A stretch of 64,000 nucleotides of DNA from Candidatus Latescibacterota bacterium (GCA_965204375.1 OZ241986.1:1408001-1472000); one strand, 5' to 3'; shown: positions 39,564 through 49,208, counted from the stretch's first letter. Notes: generated by a model from the sequence alone, not told the origin. Numbers and translations are program-made.

Positions 39564-39801
39564 CTCGATTTGCCCTTCTACAAGAAATGATTCGATAGCG
39601 ATTTTCTCGAATGGTGTAAACGACGTAGTACTCTAAGCTCTCGACAATACCGATCGCCACATACCGAGTTTCGCCGTAATTTTTTCGATCATCAATGAAT
39701 TTCAATATTGGACCGTCAAAAACCCTGGCAGCCCGTAAAAAGCTGATTCCGTGTTTCTCAATATTGAATTTGTTTTTTGAAGAATCCCATTCAAATTCCA
39801 T
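39517..39801 (-). CDS. brnT: BrnT family ribonuclease toxin
   Basis: MEFEWDSSKN..NIEKHGISF, YGETRY, VVYTIR, RIISCRRAN. Confidence 0.92.
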   Translation of the reverse strand: MEFEWDSSKNKFNIEKHGISFLRAARVFDGPILKFIDDRKNYGETRYVAIGIVESLEYYVVYTIRENRYRIISCRRANRDERRKYREIYPGSSS

Positions 39802-39807
39802 TGTATA

Positions 39808-39836
39808 AATATAAGTAAGTACAAGCCCAGATGCAA
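39808..39836 (-). promoter_or_regulatory. Sigma70 promoter giving a probable leaderless brnT mRNA
   Basis: TTGCAT-17 bp-TATATT-6 bp-ATG; no Shine-Dalgarno. Confidence 0.55.
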
Positions 39837-39862
39837 TTAGCAGACTTTACCAGAGGTCGGGA

Positions 39863-40621
39863 TTAGAACCGCCAAATTTTCAGTGCGGTTTTTCCGAATA
39901 TCCATTCTCTGTCTTCTTCGCTGAGGGCAGACAGATAATCCATCGGGACTTTGAGGCTGTTGTCATAGCCTTCGCGTCTGCTCACAGGGGGATAATCGCT
40001 GCCCCACATAACTCTTTGGGGGCCGAAGGCTTCGATGGTCATGTCGGCGAGTGGGGGAATGGGATCAAATGGCAAGGGGACGGGACAGATTTCTCCGAAT
40101 CCAGGAAGTTTGATGGATAGATTAGGCTGTTCGGCGAGTTCGAGGATTTTTTTGAAAGTATCATAAGGGGGCTGCTGGCCTTCGCCGATGCCCGCGAGGT
40201 GTTCGATCACGATGGATAGGTTTGGGAATTCTCTGAGTACTTCTGCAAATTCATGGCTCAGAAGACTCTGAGGATTGCTCGGCGCACTGACGACGAGGTC
40301 GAGTTCGGCTGCTGTGCGCCACTGTGCGAGGGAGTCGGCGCAATCGGCGCGGCTATTTGCCGGGAGGCGAATGCCGACAATGCCCTGTTTTGCCCATTGT
40401 CGCATGGCTGTACCATCGTCTGTTGGTTCAACGATCATGGCCGCTTGAAATTTTCTCGGATGTGCCGCCATGCTGTCGAGCATATACTGGTTATCCGAGT
40501 TCCCCGCGTACTGGATGAAGACGGCTCGATCTACACCGGATGTGTTCATGTGGTAAAGAAGGGATCCTACGGGTTCGTATTTGTGAAGTCCAATGTGGCA
40601 GTGTGTATCGACAATGGTCAT
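39863..40621 (-). CDS. Amidohydrolase_2 family protein (lactonase-like)
   Basis: DTHCH, IEHL, FGPQRVMWGSDYP. Confidence 0.88.
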   Translation of the reverse strand: MTIVDTHCHIGLHKYEPVGSLLYHMNTSGVDRAVFIQYAGNSDNQYMLDSMAAHPRKFQAAMIVEPTDDGTAMRQWAKQGIVGIRLPANSRADCADSLAQWRTAAELDLVVSAPSNPQSLLSHEFAEVLREFPNLSIVIEHLAGIGEGQQPPYDTFKKILELAEQPNLSIKLPGFGEICPVPLPFDPIPPLADMTIEAFGPQRVMWGSDYPPVSRREGYDNSLKVPMDYLSALSEEDREWIFGKTALKIWRF

Positions 40622-40647
40622 TGCGTTTTTGCTCCGAAAGGGTGGGA

Positions 40648-41337
40648 TCAAAACAATGCGCCCTGTTCGGGCGGTTGTGCGGGTTTCAGGCAGTCTGGCA
40701 TGTCATTCATCGGGTTATTGACAAGGGTAGAAACGGGATGTGCGTTCATCTCTTGTGCGGAATAGGGAATGAGAAGGTCCTGCAGGTCTGTTCGCTCTGC
40801 TGGATCAAGCCAGAGATCATACGCATCAGGCGGTAGAATAACGGGCATGCGATTGTGAATCGGCGCCATAAGATCGTTGGGTTCGGTTGTGATTATGGTA
40901 CAGGATTGGATGTGCTGTCCTTCGGGTGAATGCCACGATTCCCAGAGACCAGCAAAGGTAAAAGGAGCACCGGATTTGAGCGCGATGTACATGGGGGTTT
41001 TGGTTCTGCCGTCGGGATTGCGCTGCCATTCGTAAAATCCCGTTGTGGGAATCAGACACCTCCGTCTTTTGAAGGCCGTGCGAAATGAGGGTTTTTCCGC
41101 AAGGGTTTCTCCCCGTGCATTGATAAGTCGGTTGCCTATTTTGTGATCTTTTGCCCACGATGGGATAAGTCCCCATTTGAAGGCGTCCGCCCGCGGCTCG
41201 GCAGTGTTGGCAATCGCCGTGATACCCTGGCCCGGTGCGATATTGTATCGCAATGGCATCTCGTTGGGAAAAACAACTTGTGGAAATGCGAGTTGGTTTT
41301 CATCGCATTGGGCAGCATAAACAAATCGACCGCACAT
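40648..41337 (-). CDS. SRAP (YedK/HMCES-like) abasic-site protection protein
   Basis: MCGRF, RYNIAP, WGLIPSW, INARGET, GFYEW, IHNRMP. Confidence 0.95.
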   Translation of the reverse strand: MCGRFVYAAQCDENQLAFPQVVFPNEMPLRYNIAPGQGITAIANTAEPRADAFKWGLIPSWAKDHKIGNRLINARGETLAEKPSFRTAFKRRRCLIPTTGFYEWQRNPDGRTKTPMYIALKSGAPFTFAGLWESWHSPEGQHIQSCTIITTEPNDLMAPIHNRMPVILPPDAYDLWLDPAERTDLQDLLIPYSAQEMNAHPVSTLVNNPMNDMPDCLKPAQPPEQGALF

Positions 41338-41509
41338 GATGTGATTCCTCGTTCATAGTTCATAGATTATCTTCTCAAATATGTATAGTCTCTTCTCGTC
41401 AAATGTCAAGGTCTTTCCCATAATAATTTTTCTTGCTCGCGGACGGGGGTCTCATTACATTGGGCGGCGTTTTATAGATTGATCTTTACATTTCTGATTG
41501 GAGGATGTT

Positions 41510-42568
41510 ATGGCAGCAGAGCTGGGTTTTGGCGTTGTAGGACTGGGTATGGGCACGAACCACTGTCGGTCTGTTACTCGGGCTAATGGTGCGAAGTTGG
41601 TGGCTGTATGCGATGTGGATGAGGAGCGTTTGGGGCCAACGGCTAAAGAATACGGGTGCAAGGCTTATACGAGTTATGAAGAGATGCTTCAGGACGATGA
41701 GGTTCAGGTCGTCAATATTTGTGTTGAGTCTGGAAAGCACGCTACATTGGGTATTCAGGCCGCAGATGCTGGCAAGCACATGATCGTTGAGAAGCCCGCG
41801 GATATTACGCCTGAGCGCGTTGATCAGCTAATTGGTGCGGTGAAGGATGCCGGCGTAAAGGTCGGATGTATTTTTCAAGCGCGCTTGGAACCTCTAAACA
41901 GGCGGATCAAAGAAGCGGTTGATAGCGGTAAGCTGGGCAAGTTGATCGGTGTTCACGGCCATTTGCCCTGGTATCGCGCGGATAGCTATTATCAGGGCGC
42001 GCATGGATCATGGAAGGGAACGTGGGATCTCGATGGGGGAGGCTCACTGATGAATCAGGGCGTGCATACTGTCGATTTGATTCAGTGGCTGGCTGGGGGT
42101 GTCGAGTCTGTGATGGGTATGTTCGGCGTTTTTGGACACGATATCGAAGCTGAAGATCAGACTGTGGCGTTGTTCAAGTTTAAGAATGGCGCGATTGGCA
42201 CGGTTTATACGACGACTTGCTGCTATCCAGGGCTTCCGCAACTGGTGACTATTTACGGCGAAAATGGGTCGATTATGAAAGATGCTTCGAAGCTGATTTC
42301 CTGGAAAATTCAGGGTGAGAACGAGGCATCAGAAGAAGCCGAGATGCTGGGTTTTTACGGCGATCAGGAAGACAAACAGAAGAATATTTCAGCAGATCCC
42401 CTGGCCGTCAGTTCTGATGGGCACACGTTGATCATCGAAGACCTCGTCGGGGCGATCAATGAAGACCGCGAGCCTATGATTGGTCTCGAAAGCGCGCGCC
42501 ATGCGGTGGAAATTATCACTGCGGTGTTTGAATCCGGGCGCACGGGGCGGGAAGTTAGGGTGGGGTAG
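41510..42568 (+). CDS. Gfo/Idh/MocA family oxidoreductase
   Basis: GVVGLGMG, EKP, WKGTWDLDGGGSLMNQGVH. Confidence 0.92.
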   Translation: MAAELGFGVVGLGMGTNHCRSVTRANGAKLVAVCDVDEERLGPTAKEYGCKAYTSYEEMLQDDEVQVVNICVESGKHATLGIQAADAGKHMIVEKPADITPERVDQLIGAVKDAGVKVGCIFQARLEPLNRRIKEAVDSGKLGKLIGVHGHLPWYRADSYYQGAHGSWKGTWDLDGGGSLMNQGVHTVDLIQWLAGGVESVMGMFGVFGHDIEAEDQTVALFKFKNGAIGTVYTTTCCYPGLPQLVTIYGENGSIMKDASKLISWKIQGENEASEEAEMLGFYGDQEDKQKNISADPLAVSSDGHTLIIEDLVGAINEDREPMIGLESARHAVEIITAVFESGRTGREVRVG

Positions 42569-42632
42569 GGGAAGTGTGGAACGGTGTACAACTGGTCGCA
42601 GTACAGACCAGTTCACTATGAAGTGGAAAGTG

Positions 42633-42664
42633 AAAAAAGCCAGATATTTTGTCTGGCTTTTTTA
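42633..42664. terminator. Bidirectional terminator
   Basis: AAAAAAGCCAGA-tattttg-TCTGGCTTTTTT. Confidence 0.8.
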
Positions 42665-43024
42665 TTATAGATTATAGCCGGGGAATGCCTCTGCCATCGC
42701 CGCTTTGTCCGTTCCTGCGAATAGCCGGTCGCCCGTATATATCAGTGGTCGGCGTATCAGTCGGGGCTGTTCGGCCATGAGGCGAAGTAGTTCGTCCGAG
42801 GACACTTCTTCCCGGTCGAGTTTTAGCGTTCGCGCCGAAGGACTCCGCCACGAAAATATATCGGCTGGCGGAGTGTCGCCGAGTAATTCCCGGAGTTCTT
42901 CCTCAGAGAACTCCTCTTTGAAGAAATCCCTTTCTTCAAAATTCACGTCTTCTCGTGAAAGCCACGCTTTCACCTTGCGGCAGGTGCTTCATCTGTTCCA
43001 GGTATAAAAGTTGATTTTGGACAT
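42665..43024 (-). CDS. ArsC/Spx family thioredoxin-fold selenoprotein (UxxC), in-frame TGA at codon 12
   Basis: AGGAG RBS, then ATG 43024: MSKINFYTWNR-U-STCRKVKAWL...QPRLIRRP; the TGA at 42991-42989 aligns with the first Cys of CSTCRK. Confidence 0.8.
42955..42973 (-). promoter_or_regulatory. Putative bacterial SECIS hairpin
   Basis: GUGAAAGC-GUG-GCUUUCAC, starting 15 nt after the UGA; GU in the apical loop. Confidence 0.6.
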
Positions 43025-43049
43025 GGATAGCTCCTGTATGTTCCATTAT

Positions 43050-45743
43050 TTACATTGAGACGCCCAGAAGCCCTCGGGTAAATTGGAAGTCTGTGTTACC
43101 TGTGAGAGGTGTTTTGGGCGTGTATTGACGAGAGGCGACGGCGATGATCTGGCGCAAGAGGGCGTCGGCATTGTGTTTGGCGTTGGCGTTGAAGATGAGG
43201 TCAAAGTCATCGCCGTAGGAATGAGCGACGCGTTCTTCGGCGATTGTTTGAAGCATGGGGGTGAGGGGATGGCCCTGCAATGGGTGATCGCCCGAGTAGG
43301 CGACGATGAGGTGGACGCCTGTGCCGCCCAATCCCGTGAGGGTTTCTACCCAGTGGTCGGTCTGGCTGTCCATGATGTGATAGCCCGGTTGGGCGGGATT
43401 TTGCCCATGTGCGAGAGTGGGCGCAGGTGGTGTGATGCCCAGAACTTCGGATTGGTAGATGGAATGAGACAGAAAACTCGCATTGTCGGGTACAATGAGC
43501 GTGGCACCTGTGCCGATCAGGGTTTGGGTTAGGATGGCGAGGGATTGCGCGGCTATATCGGAAATAGAACCAGAAGCGTGAAGACCGACGCTGAGTGCGG
43601 ACAGGCTGGCGGGAATGATTTCAGGGGGAGGAGTGTGTGCGAATTGGTCGAGAAAATAGGCTTCGACCTTGTCGAGAACGGCATCGATACCGCCGTCGAG
43701 TTGCACACTGGCCCATCCAAATGCATCGGGGCTGATCCCTTTGTCGTCCAGCGCGTGTCGAATATAGTCGTTGTGGGTCTTTTCACAGCCGTGTTCCAAC
43801 AACAGGCAGGTGTGTACGAGGGGGTGGGTGAGGTAGCCGAGCATGGTGCGCGTGTAGAGGCGTTCGGTGGCTTCTCCCGATACGCCGCATCCTTCGGTGT
43901 GCGCGAGGGCGACAAAGCGCGAGATGCCCTTGTTGAGACCCAGACCCCTTTCTGTGAGGCGTTTTGCCGCCATCAGCGCGATTTGCCCCGAACACAGGCT
44001 GGTGGGCAGAATCAGGCCCAGGCGGTCGGTTGTGAATCCGTCTTGGGTGCGAATGGCCTCAAAGCTGTGTTCGTCGGCGTCCAATGCCTGAATAGCGAGC
44101 GGCACGCCCTGGGGTTCGGGTCGGTTCTTGAGGTCGGGCAGGTGATCTGTTGAGATCTGTCGCCAGGTGCGCCATATCGAGACTTGTGCGTGTGCGGCTT
44201 TTTCGCCTTTGCTGCGTTCTCCCGAGGCGATTTTGCAGGTCAGGTCAAACATATCGCTGCCGAGGTCGTCCATGGAGGTACCGTCCAGGTATGCACCCGC
44301 GTTGACATCCATATCTTTACTGAGCAACTGATAGCGTTCGGAAGTGGTCACGATCTTGATGGTGGGCACAAAGGGGAAGTTTGTGATTGAGCCATTGCCC
44401 GTGATGAAGAAGATCATATTACATCCGGAAGCTACTTGTCCGGCAATGCTTTCGAGATCATTGCCCGGGCTGTCCATGAAATAGTATCCCGGATTGACCA
44501 TAGGCTCTGCGTAATCAATGACAGAATCGAGACGGACGTCCGGGTGGCGTTTCATGGCCGCGCCGATTGATTTGAGTACGATGTTGTAGAGACCGCGAAA
44601 CTTGTTGCCTCCGGATGGGTTGCCTTCTGCTGTTGTGCCATGCCATGCAGCGAGGGTTTTATAGGCTTCCACTTTGTCGAGAAAGCATTGGGCGACATCG
44701 TAAGATGAGACATTTTGGAGGACATAGGACTCTGCGCCGATGAGTTCGTCGGTTTCTGCGAGGTTGGCTGATCCGCCGTGGCGAATCATTTCTCTTGCTA
44801 CCCACGACGCCAATGGGTTGCCAGAGATGCCCGAGAATGCGTCTGATCCGCCGCATTGCAGTGCGATTTTGATGTGCGATAGGGGCTCGGGTGTGCGGAT
44901 CATTGCCTGGACTTGTGGCAACCATTTGGCAATGATATTTTCACCTTGTTGTAGCGCGTTTTCAAAGCTGCCTTCAAGTGTGAGAAATTGATGCAGGACG
45001 TGGTCGATGGGATAGTTGTTTTGCGCGAGAAATTCCCGGAGGTGCTGATTGGTGATGGCTTCGTGACCGTAGTCAATCGCGAGTACTGCACCGACGTTTG
45101 GATGTACTGCAAATCCGGCGAGTGTACGCAATAAGAGGTCTTTGTTATTGGGGATTTCAGTGCCGCCGCCTTCGGTGTGGGCAACTGCAACAATGCCATC
45201 GATATTGTGATAATCTCGCTCCTGGTCTTTTAATCTCGCTTCGAGCTGTTTGGCATAACTCGCAGTGCGAGAAGATGTTCCCAGTATAACAATATTATTT
45301 CGCGTGCCTACGCCTCTGCCTCCCGATCTTTTGTATCCCTGAAAAGTGGCGTAATGATCATAGCGTTTGACTTGATCGCCCGCCTCAAAGGTGGCCTCAT
45401 CAATCTGGTGTGGAACAATGCGGTCTTCAAAGTTGGGCATCTCTGGAAGCTCAAAGTCGAGATCGCGGAGTTTAAGGGCGTCGAGAATCTCCGGGTTGCA
45501 GACATAATCTCCGGGAGATATATGGTGTGTTGCAATACCAAAGGGCAAACCCCATGAGAGAAGGGGGGCGCCAGGTGCTATGGATTGGATGGCAAAACGA
45601 TGGCCTTCGAGGATGGTGTGCCGAAGCGAGAAGGTGCGATCTGAATGGATAATCTGCGTGTCTCTGTCCAGTTTTCGGGTCGCAATGCCGACATTGTCTC
45701 CCGGAAGAGGAAGACGACCGATTTCAGAAAAAGTATGTGTCAT
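43050..45743 (-). CDS. UxaA/GarD family sugar-acid dehydratase with SAF domain and a second, degenerate dehydratase module
   Basis: DNVGIA, GHRFA, GTRN, QCGGSD, ETDELIGAE, NPSGGN, KSIGA, TGNG; second module PTSLCS, HTEGCG, GCE. Confidence 0.85.
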   Translation of the reverse strand: MTHTFSEIGRLPLPGDNVGIATRKLDRDTQIIHSDRTFSLRHTILEGHRFAIQSIAPGAPLLSWGLPFGIATHHISPGDYVCNPEILDALKLRDLDFELPEMPNFEDRIVPHQIDEATFEAGDQVKRYDHYATFQGYKRSGGRGVGTRNNIVILGTSSRTASYAKQLEARLKDQERDYHNIDGIVAVAHTEGGGTEIPNNKDLLLRTLAGFAVHPNVGAVLAIDYGHEAITNQHLREFLAQNNYPIDHVLHQFLTLEGSFENALQQGENIIAKWLPQVQAMIRTPEPLSHIKIALQCGGSDAFSGISGNPLASWVAREMIRHGGSANLAETDELIGAESYVLQNVSSYDVAQCFLDKVEAYKTLAAWHGTTAEGNPSGGNKFRGLYNIVLKSIGAAMKRHPDVRLDSVIDYAEPMVNPGYYFMDSPGNDLESIAGQVASGCNMIFFITGNGSITNFPFVPTIKIVTTSERYQLLSKDMDVNAGAYLDGTSMDDLGSDMFDLTCKIASGERSKGEKAAHAQVSIWRTWRQISTDHLPDLKNRPEPQGVPLAIQALDADEHSFEAIRTQDGFTTDRLGLILPTSLCSGQIALMAAKRLTERGLGLNKGISRFVALAHTEGCGVSGEATERLYTRTMLGYLTHPLVHTCLLLEHGCEKTHNDYIRHALDDKGISPDAFGWASVQLDGGIDAVLDKVEAYFLDQFAHTPPPEIIPASLSALSVGLHASGSISDIAAQSLAILTQTLIGTGATLIVPDNASFLSHSIYQSEVLGITPPAPTLAHGQNPAQPGYHIMDSQTDHWVETLTGLGGTGVHLIVAYSGDHPLQGHPLTPMLQTIAEERVAHSYGDDFDLIFNANAKHNADALLRQIIAVASRQYTPKTPLTGNTDFQFTRGLLGVSM

Positions 45744-45773
45744 GGGTTGCGTTCCTTTGAAAGTTTGTTCACA

Positions 45774-45802
45774 GTTATACGGAAAAGAAAAAACGATGTC
45801 AA
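45774..45802 (-). promoter_or_regulatory. Sigma70-like promoter for the uxaA-like gene
   Basis: TTGACA-17 bp-TATAAC. Confidence 0.5.
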
Positions 45803-46029
45803 GGGGTATGAGGTAAGAGGTAAGCACAGACAGCGCAACGCATAGCCCACCCATCTCGTCTCGCTCCGTATAACATCCTGCGAGGCAGGCTCTTTTACAT
45901 ATCACATATCCCCCAAAAAATACCTTGACAGATCGCATAATTTTGGTTTATGTTTCTACCAGTTGTTTTATTAGCAAAACATTAGTTAAACGGCTAAACA
46001 TAGTTGTATATCGCTCGGGGGGTGGTCAT

Positions 46030-46554
46030 ATGATGGCATCGGATGTATGGAAAGAATACGAGAGCAATGAGATTTCTCACAGTGTTGCTCATCATCTAAC
46101 TGCCATTCACGAGTTGATGGGCGATCAGGGCTATGCGCGGGTTTCGGATGTGGCGCGTGCGCTGGAGATTACCCGGGGCAGTGCATCGCTGACGCTCAAA
46201 GCCCTCAAGGCACGCGGGCTGGTCGTGGAAGATCACAATAAGTTTTTGAAATTATCCGAAGATGGCCGTCGCATTGTCGATTCTATTTTAGCCAAACGCG
46301 CCGTTGTTCGCAAATTTCTCAATGAAGTGCTCAAGCTCGATGAGCATCAAGCCGAAGTGGATGCGTGCAAGGTCGAGCATCTTTTAAGCGCGCAAACTGG
46401 CGGGCAACTGCTGCATTTTGTGCGTTTTTTGCTCTCTGATGATCCCACTGCGCGGCAATTTCTCGCCGAGTTCTGGTCCAAGCTGGATCAGAATGAAGAG
46501 TGGCAGTGGCCCGTTCAGGATGTCGATCAATTATTCAATATGGAGTCTCGATAA
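46030..46554 (+). CDS. DtxR/MntR family metal-dependent regulator
   Basis: HHLTAIHEL, ARVSDVARAL HTH, DACKVEHLLS. Confidence 0.9.
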   Translation: MMASDVWKEYESNEISHSVAHHLTAIHELMGDQGYARVSDVARALEITRGSASLTLKALKARGLVVEDHNKFLKLSEDGRRIVDSILAKRAVVRKFLNEVLKLDEHQAEVDACKVEHLLSAQTGGQLLHFVRFLLSDDPTARQFLAEFWSKLDQNEEWQWPVQDVDQLFNMESR

Positions 46555-46790
46555 TGGCAATTGCAACAACAACACCGATTTCTTTATGGGATCGAGGTGA
46601 TGAAGGTGTTATTGAAGGCATTTCAGGTACGAATCAACTGGCGGCCCGACTGCGCGAGGTCGGTGCTATGCCAGGCGTACCTGTGCGCGTGTTACGCGTG
46701 GGTTGTCCCGTGGTCATTCAGGTGGGTAGTAGCAGGTTTTGTTTGCGAAAATCCGATGCGGAGTGCATCAAAGGAAAGAAAGCGGCCTGA
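46554..46790 (+). CDS. feoA: Ferrous iron transport protein A
   Basis: RLREVGAMPG..V.V, PVVIQVG, LRKSDA; directly upstream of feoB. Confidence 0.85.
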   Translation: MAIATTTPISLWDRGDEGVIEGISGTNQLAARLREVGAMPGVPVRVLRVGCPVVIQVGSSRFCLRKSDAECIKGKKAA

Positions 46791-46796
46791 TTTCTT

Positions 46797-48977
46797 ATGG
46801 CAATGGATATAGCGGATCGAGAACGACTATCTGTTGGGCAGTCTATGGTCGCTGTGGTTGGGAACCCCAACACGGGCAAGACAACGCTTTTTAATGCCCT
46901 GACGGGACTTTCGCAGCGCGTGGGAAATTTCCCCGGTGTTACGGTTGAGCGCAAGGTCGGACAAGCGGCATTGCCCGGTGTGGGAGCGATCGACTTGCTG
47001 GATTTGCCCGGTACATACAGTCTTTCCGCGCGGTCTCCCGATGAAGTCATTGCCGTCGAAGCATTGATGGGGTTGTTGGAAGGCGAACGCACTATTCGCG
47101 CTGTGCTCGTGGTTCTCGACGCCAGCAATTTGAGGCGCAATTTATACGTTGTATCTCAACTTCTCGAAATTGATTTGCCCCTGGTTGTGGCCCTCAATAT
47201 GTCGGATGTGGCCAAGGCCAGGGGCATTGTTATTGATGAAGCTGCTTTGAGCGAGCGTTTGGGTGCTGCTGTTATTTCCATACAGGCCAATAAACGCCTG
47301 GGACTTGACGAGTTAAAAGACGCGCTTGCGCAAACTCTCGAAAGGAGACAGGTTCCATCTTATAGCGGGGCATTGCCGCAATCCTGGTGGGAAGAAGCCG
47401 AGCAGTTGGCGCGAAAATACGAAGGTGTATCTACTGGCCTGGTGCTGCGCGCTTTGATCGACAATCAAAGCATCTTTGCATCCCATGTTGCAGAACGGTT
47501 TGGCGACGACTTTGCCGCCGATATTCGCGCTTTACACGCGCGGGCCAATACAGAAGATGCGCTGGCGAGTCGAGAGATTGAATCGCGCTATCGATGGGTT
47601 GATGAGGTCCTCGATGGCGTACTGCGCGATCCCGAACCGCTTCGCGTGACCCGTTCTGATCGTTTGGATCGGTTCTTGACCCACCCGCTGTGGGGCAGCC
47701 TGACTTTTGCTGTGCTAATGGCCTTTGTTTTTCAATCGATTTTTTCCTGGGCCGCACCGCTAATGGATGGTATTGACGCGCTATTCGGAGTGCTCGGTGG
47801 GTGGGCTACTGGCTCTCTTCCCGAGGGAGCGCTGCAAAGTATGGTGGTGGATGGGGTGATTGCCGGGGTGGGAGGCGTGGTCATTTTTTTGCCCCAAATA
47901 TGCATTTTGTTTCTCTTTATTGCCGTGCTCGAAGATTGTGGTTATTTGGCTCGTGCAGCGCTGTTGATGGATCGCCTGTTAACGCCGTGCGGGTTGTCGG
48001 GCAAGTCGTTTATTCCGCTGCTGTCGAGTTTTGCCTGTGCGATTCCGGGGGTGATGGCGACGCGGACGATTGATGATTCCAAAGATCGCATTGCCACGAT
48101 GCTGGTCGCCCCATTGATGAGTTGTTCTGCGCGTTTACCGGTGTACGCTATTTTTATTGGGGCTTTTATTCCCGCCCAAACGATTTGGGGAGGCATTGGA
48201 TTGCAGGGGCTTACGCTTTTTGCGCTGTATTGCGTGGGGATTTTTGTGGCAATTCCCGTTGCGTGGATTTTGAAGAAGACATTGCTAAAAGGTCAGCCTG
48301 CGCCTTTTGTACTCGAGATGCCGTCCTACAAAATACCAGATGTTGGCACTGTTGGGATGCGTATTTATCAAAGTGGGCGGCATTTTATCGAGAGAGCCGG
48401 CACATTGATTCTCGCCGCGACGATTGTAATGTGGGCGCTGGCGTATTTCCCACGGTCTGAGACGATTACCGCGCATTACGAGGCCGAGCGCGAACGGTTG
48501 GCAGGGGCATCGGAGGAAGTCCTGGATGATTTGCGCGCAAAGGAAGTCGGCGAGATGCTCCAGCAGAGTTTTCTGGGGCGGATGGGACATGCTATTGAAC
48601 CAGTCGTAGAGCCATTGGGGTGGGATTGGCGGATTGGGATGGCGGCGCTGGCATCTTTCCCTGCGCGGGAAGTGATTGTTGCCGTTCTGGGCACGATTTA
48701 CAGTCTGGGAGAGGTGGATGAGGAATCGGCGTCGCTTAGAGACGCGCTTCAGTCTGCGACCTGGTCCGATGGGCGAAAGGTGTTTAATATCCCGGTTGCA
48801 CTGTCTATTATGGTGTTTTTTGCACTGTGCGCGCAGTGCGTTTCTACGCTTGCGGTTATTCAACGAGAGACGGGCACCTGGCGGTGGCCTGTGCTAACTT
48901 TTGTTTATATGACGGTGCTCGCCTATATCGGCGCATTTGTGACTTATCGCCTTGGTATGGCACTTGGATGGGGGTAA
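46797..48977 (+). CDS. feoB: Ferrous iron transport protein B
   Basis: GNPNTGKT, NFPGVT, DLPG, NMSD, LEDCGY, SCSARLPVY. Confidence 0.97.
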   Translation: MAMDIADRERLSVGQSMVAVVGNPNTGKTTLFNALTGLSQRVGNFPGVTVERKVGQAALPGVGAIDLLDLPGTYSLSARSPDEVIAVEALMGLLEGERTIRAVLVVLDASNLRRNLYVVSQLLEIDLPLVVALNMSDVAKARGIVIDEAALSERLGAAVISIQANKRLGLDELKDALAQTLERRQVPSYSGALPQSWWEEAEQLARKYEGVSTGLVLRALIDNQSIFASHVAERFGDDFAADIRALHARANTEDALASREIESRYRWVDEVLDGVLRDPEPLRVTRSDRLDRFLTHPLWGSLTFAVLMAFVFQSIFSWAAPLMDGIDALFGVLGGWATGSLPEGALQSMVVDGVIAGVGGVVIFLPQICILFLFIAVLEDCGYLARAALLMDRLLTPCGLSGKSFIPLLSSFACAIPGVMATRTIDDSKDRIATMLVAPLMSCSARLPVYAIFIGAFIPAQTIWGGIGLQGLTLFALYCVGIFVAIPVAWILKKTLLKGQPAPFVLEMPSYKIPDVGTVGMRIYQSGRHFIERAGTLILAATIVMWALAYFPRSETITAHYEAERERLAGASEEVLDDLRAKEVGEMLQQSFLGRMGHAIEPVVEPLGWDWRIGMAALASFPAREVIVAVLGTIYSLGEVDEESASLRDALQSATWSDGRKVFNIPVALSIMVFFALCAQCVSTLAVIQRETGTWRWPVLTFVYMTVLAYIGAFVTYRLGMALGWG

Positions 48978-48981
48978 TGGT

Positions 48982-49143
48982 ATGGCCGACTGGCAAAATT
49001 GGATCGCGGTTGTAGTGGCACTCTGGTGTGCCTATCGCGTCATTGGCGAAATTATAAAGCCTTTTTTGGCTTCGTCGTGTACGGGTTGCGGTGGTGCGTG
49101 TGAAGAGGAAGCAAAGCGCGAGGATTTGATTGAGATTGAGTGA
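48982..49143 (+). CDS. FeoB-associated Cys-rich small membrane protein
   Basis: One TM helix followed by CTGCGGAC. Confidence 0.75.
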   Translation: MADWQNWIAVVVALWCAYRVIGEIIKPFLASSCTGCGGACEEEAKREDLIEIE

Positions 49144-49174
49144 GTAGGAAAATACGGGCGTTTCGCTTTTTTTG

Positions 49175-49208
49175 AAAACCCTTCAATCTACTGGATTGAA
49201 GGGTTTTT
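49175..49208 (+). terminator. Intrinsic terminator of the feo operon
   Basis: AAAACCCTTCAATC-tactg-GATTGAAGGGTTTTT. Confidence 0.85.

Noticed and set aside
41351-41364. GTTC direct repeat upstream of SRAP as an alphaproteobacterial LexA box
   Set aside because: Spacing is N3 rather than N7; better explained as a heptamer repeat.
42665-42973. ArsC-like gene as a truncated pseudogene or a GTG-start 102-aa protein
   Set aside because: The upstream RBS/ATG, the TGA at the catalytic Cys position and the downstream hairpin favour selenocysteine readthrough.
45744-46029. N-terminal extensions of the uxaA-like and dtxR ORFs given in the ORF track
   Set aside because: They run through the divergent promoter region; homology-like sequence starts at 45743 and 46030.
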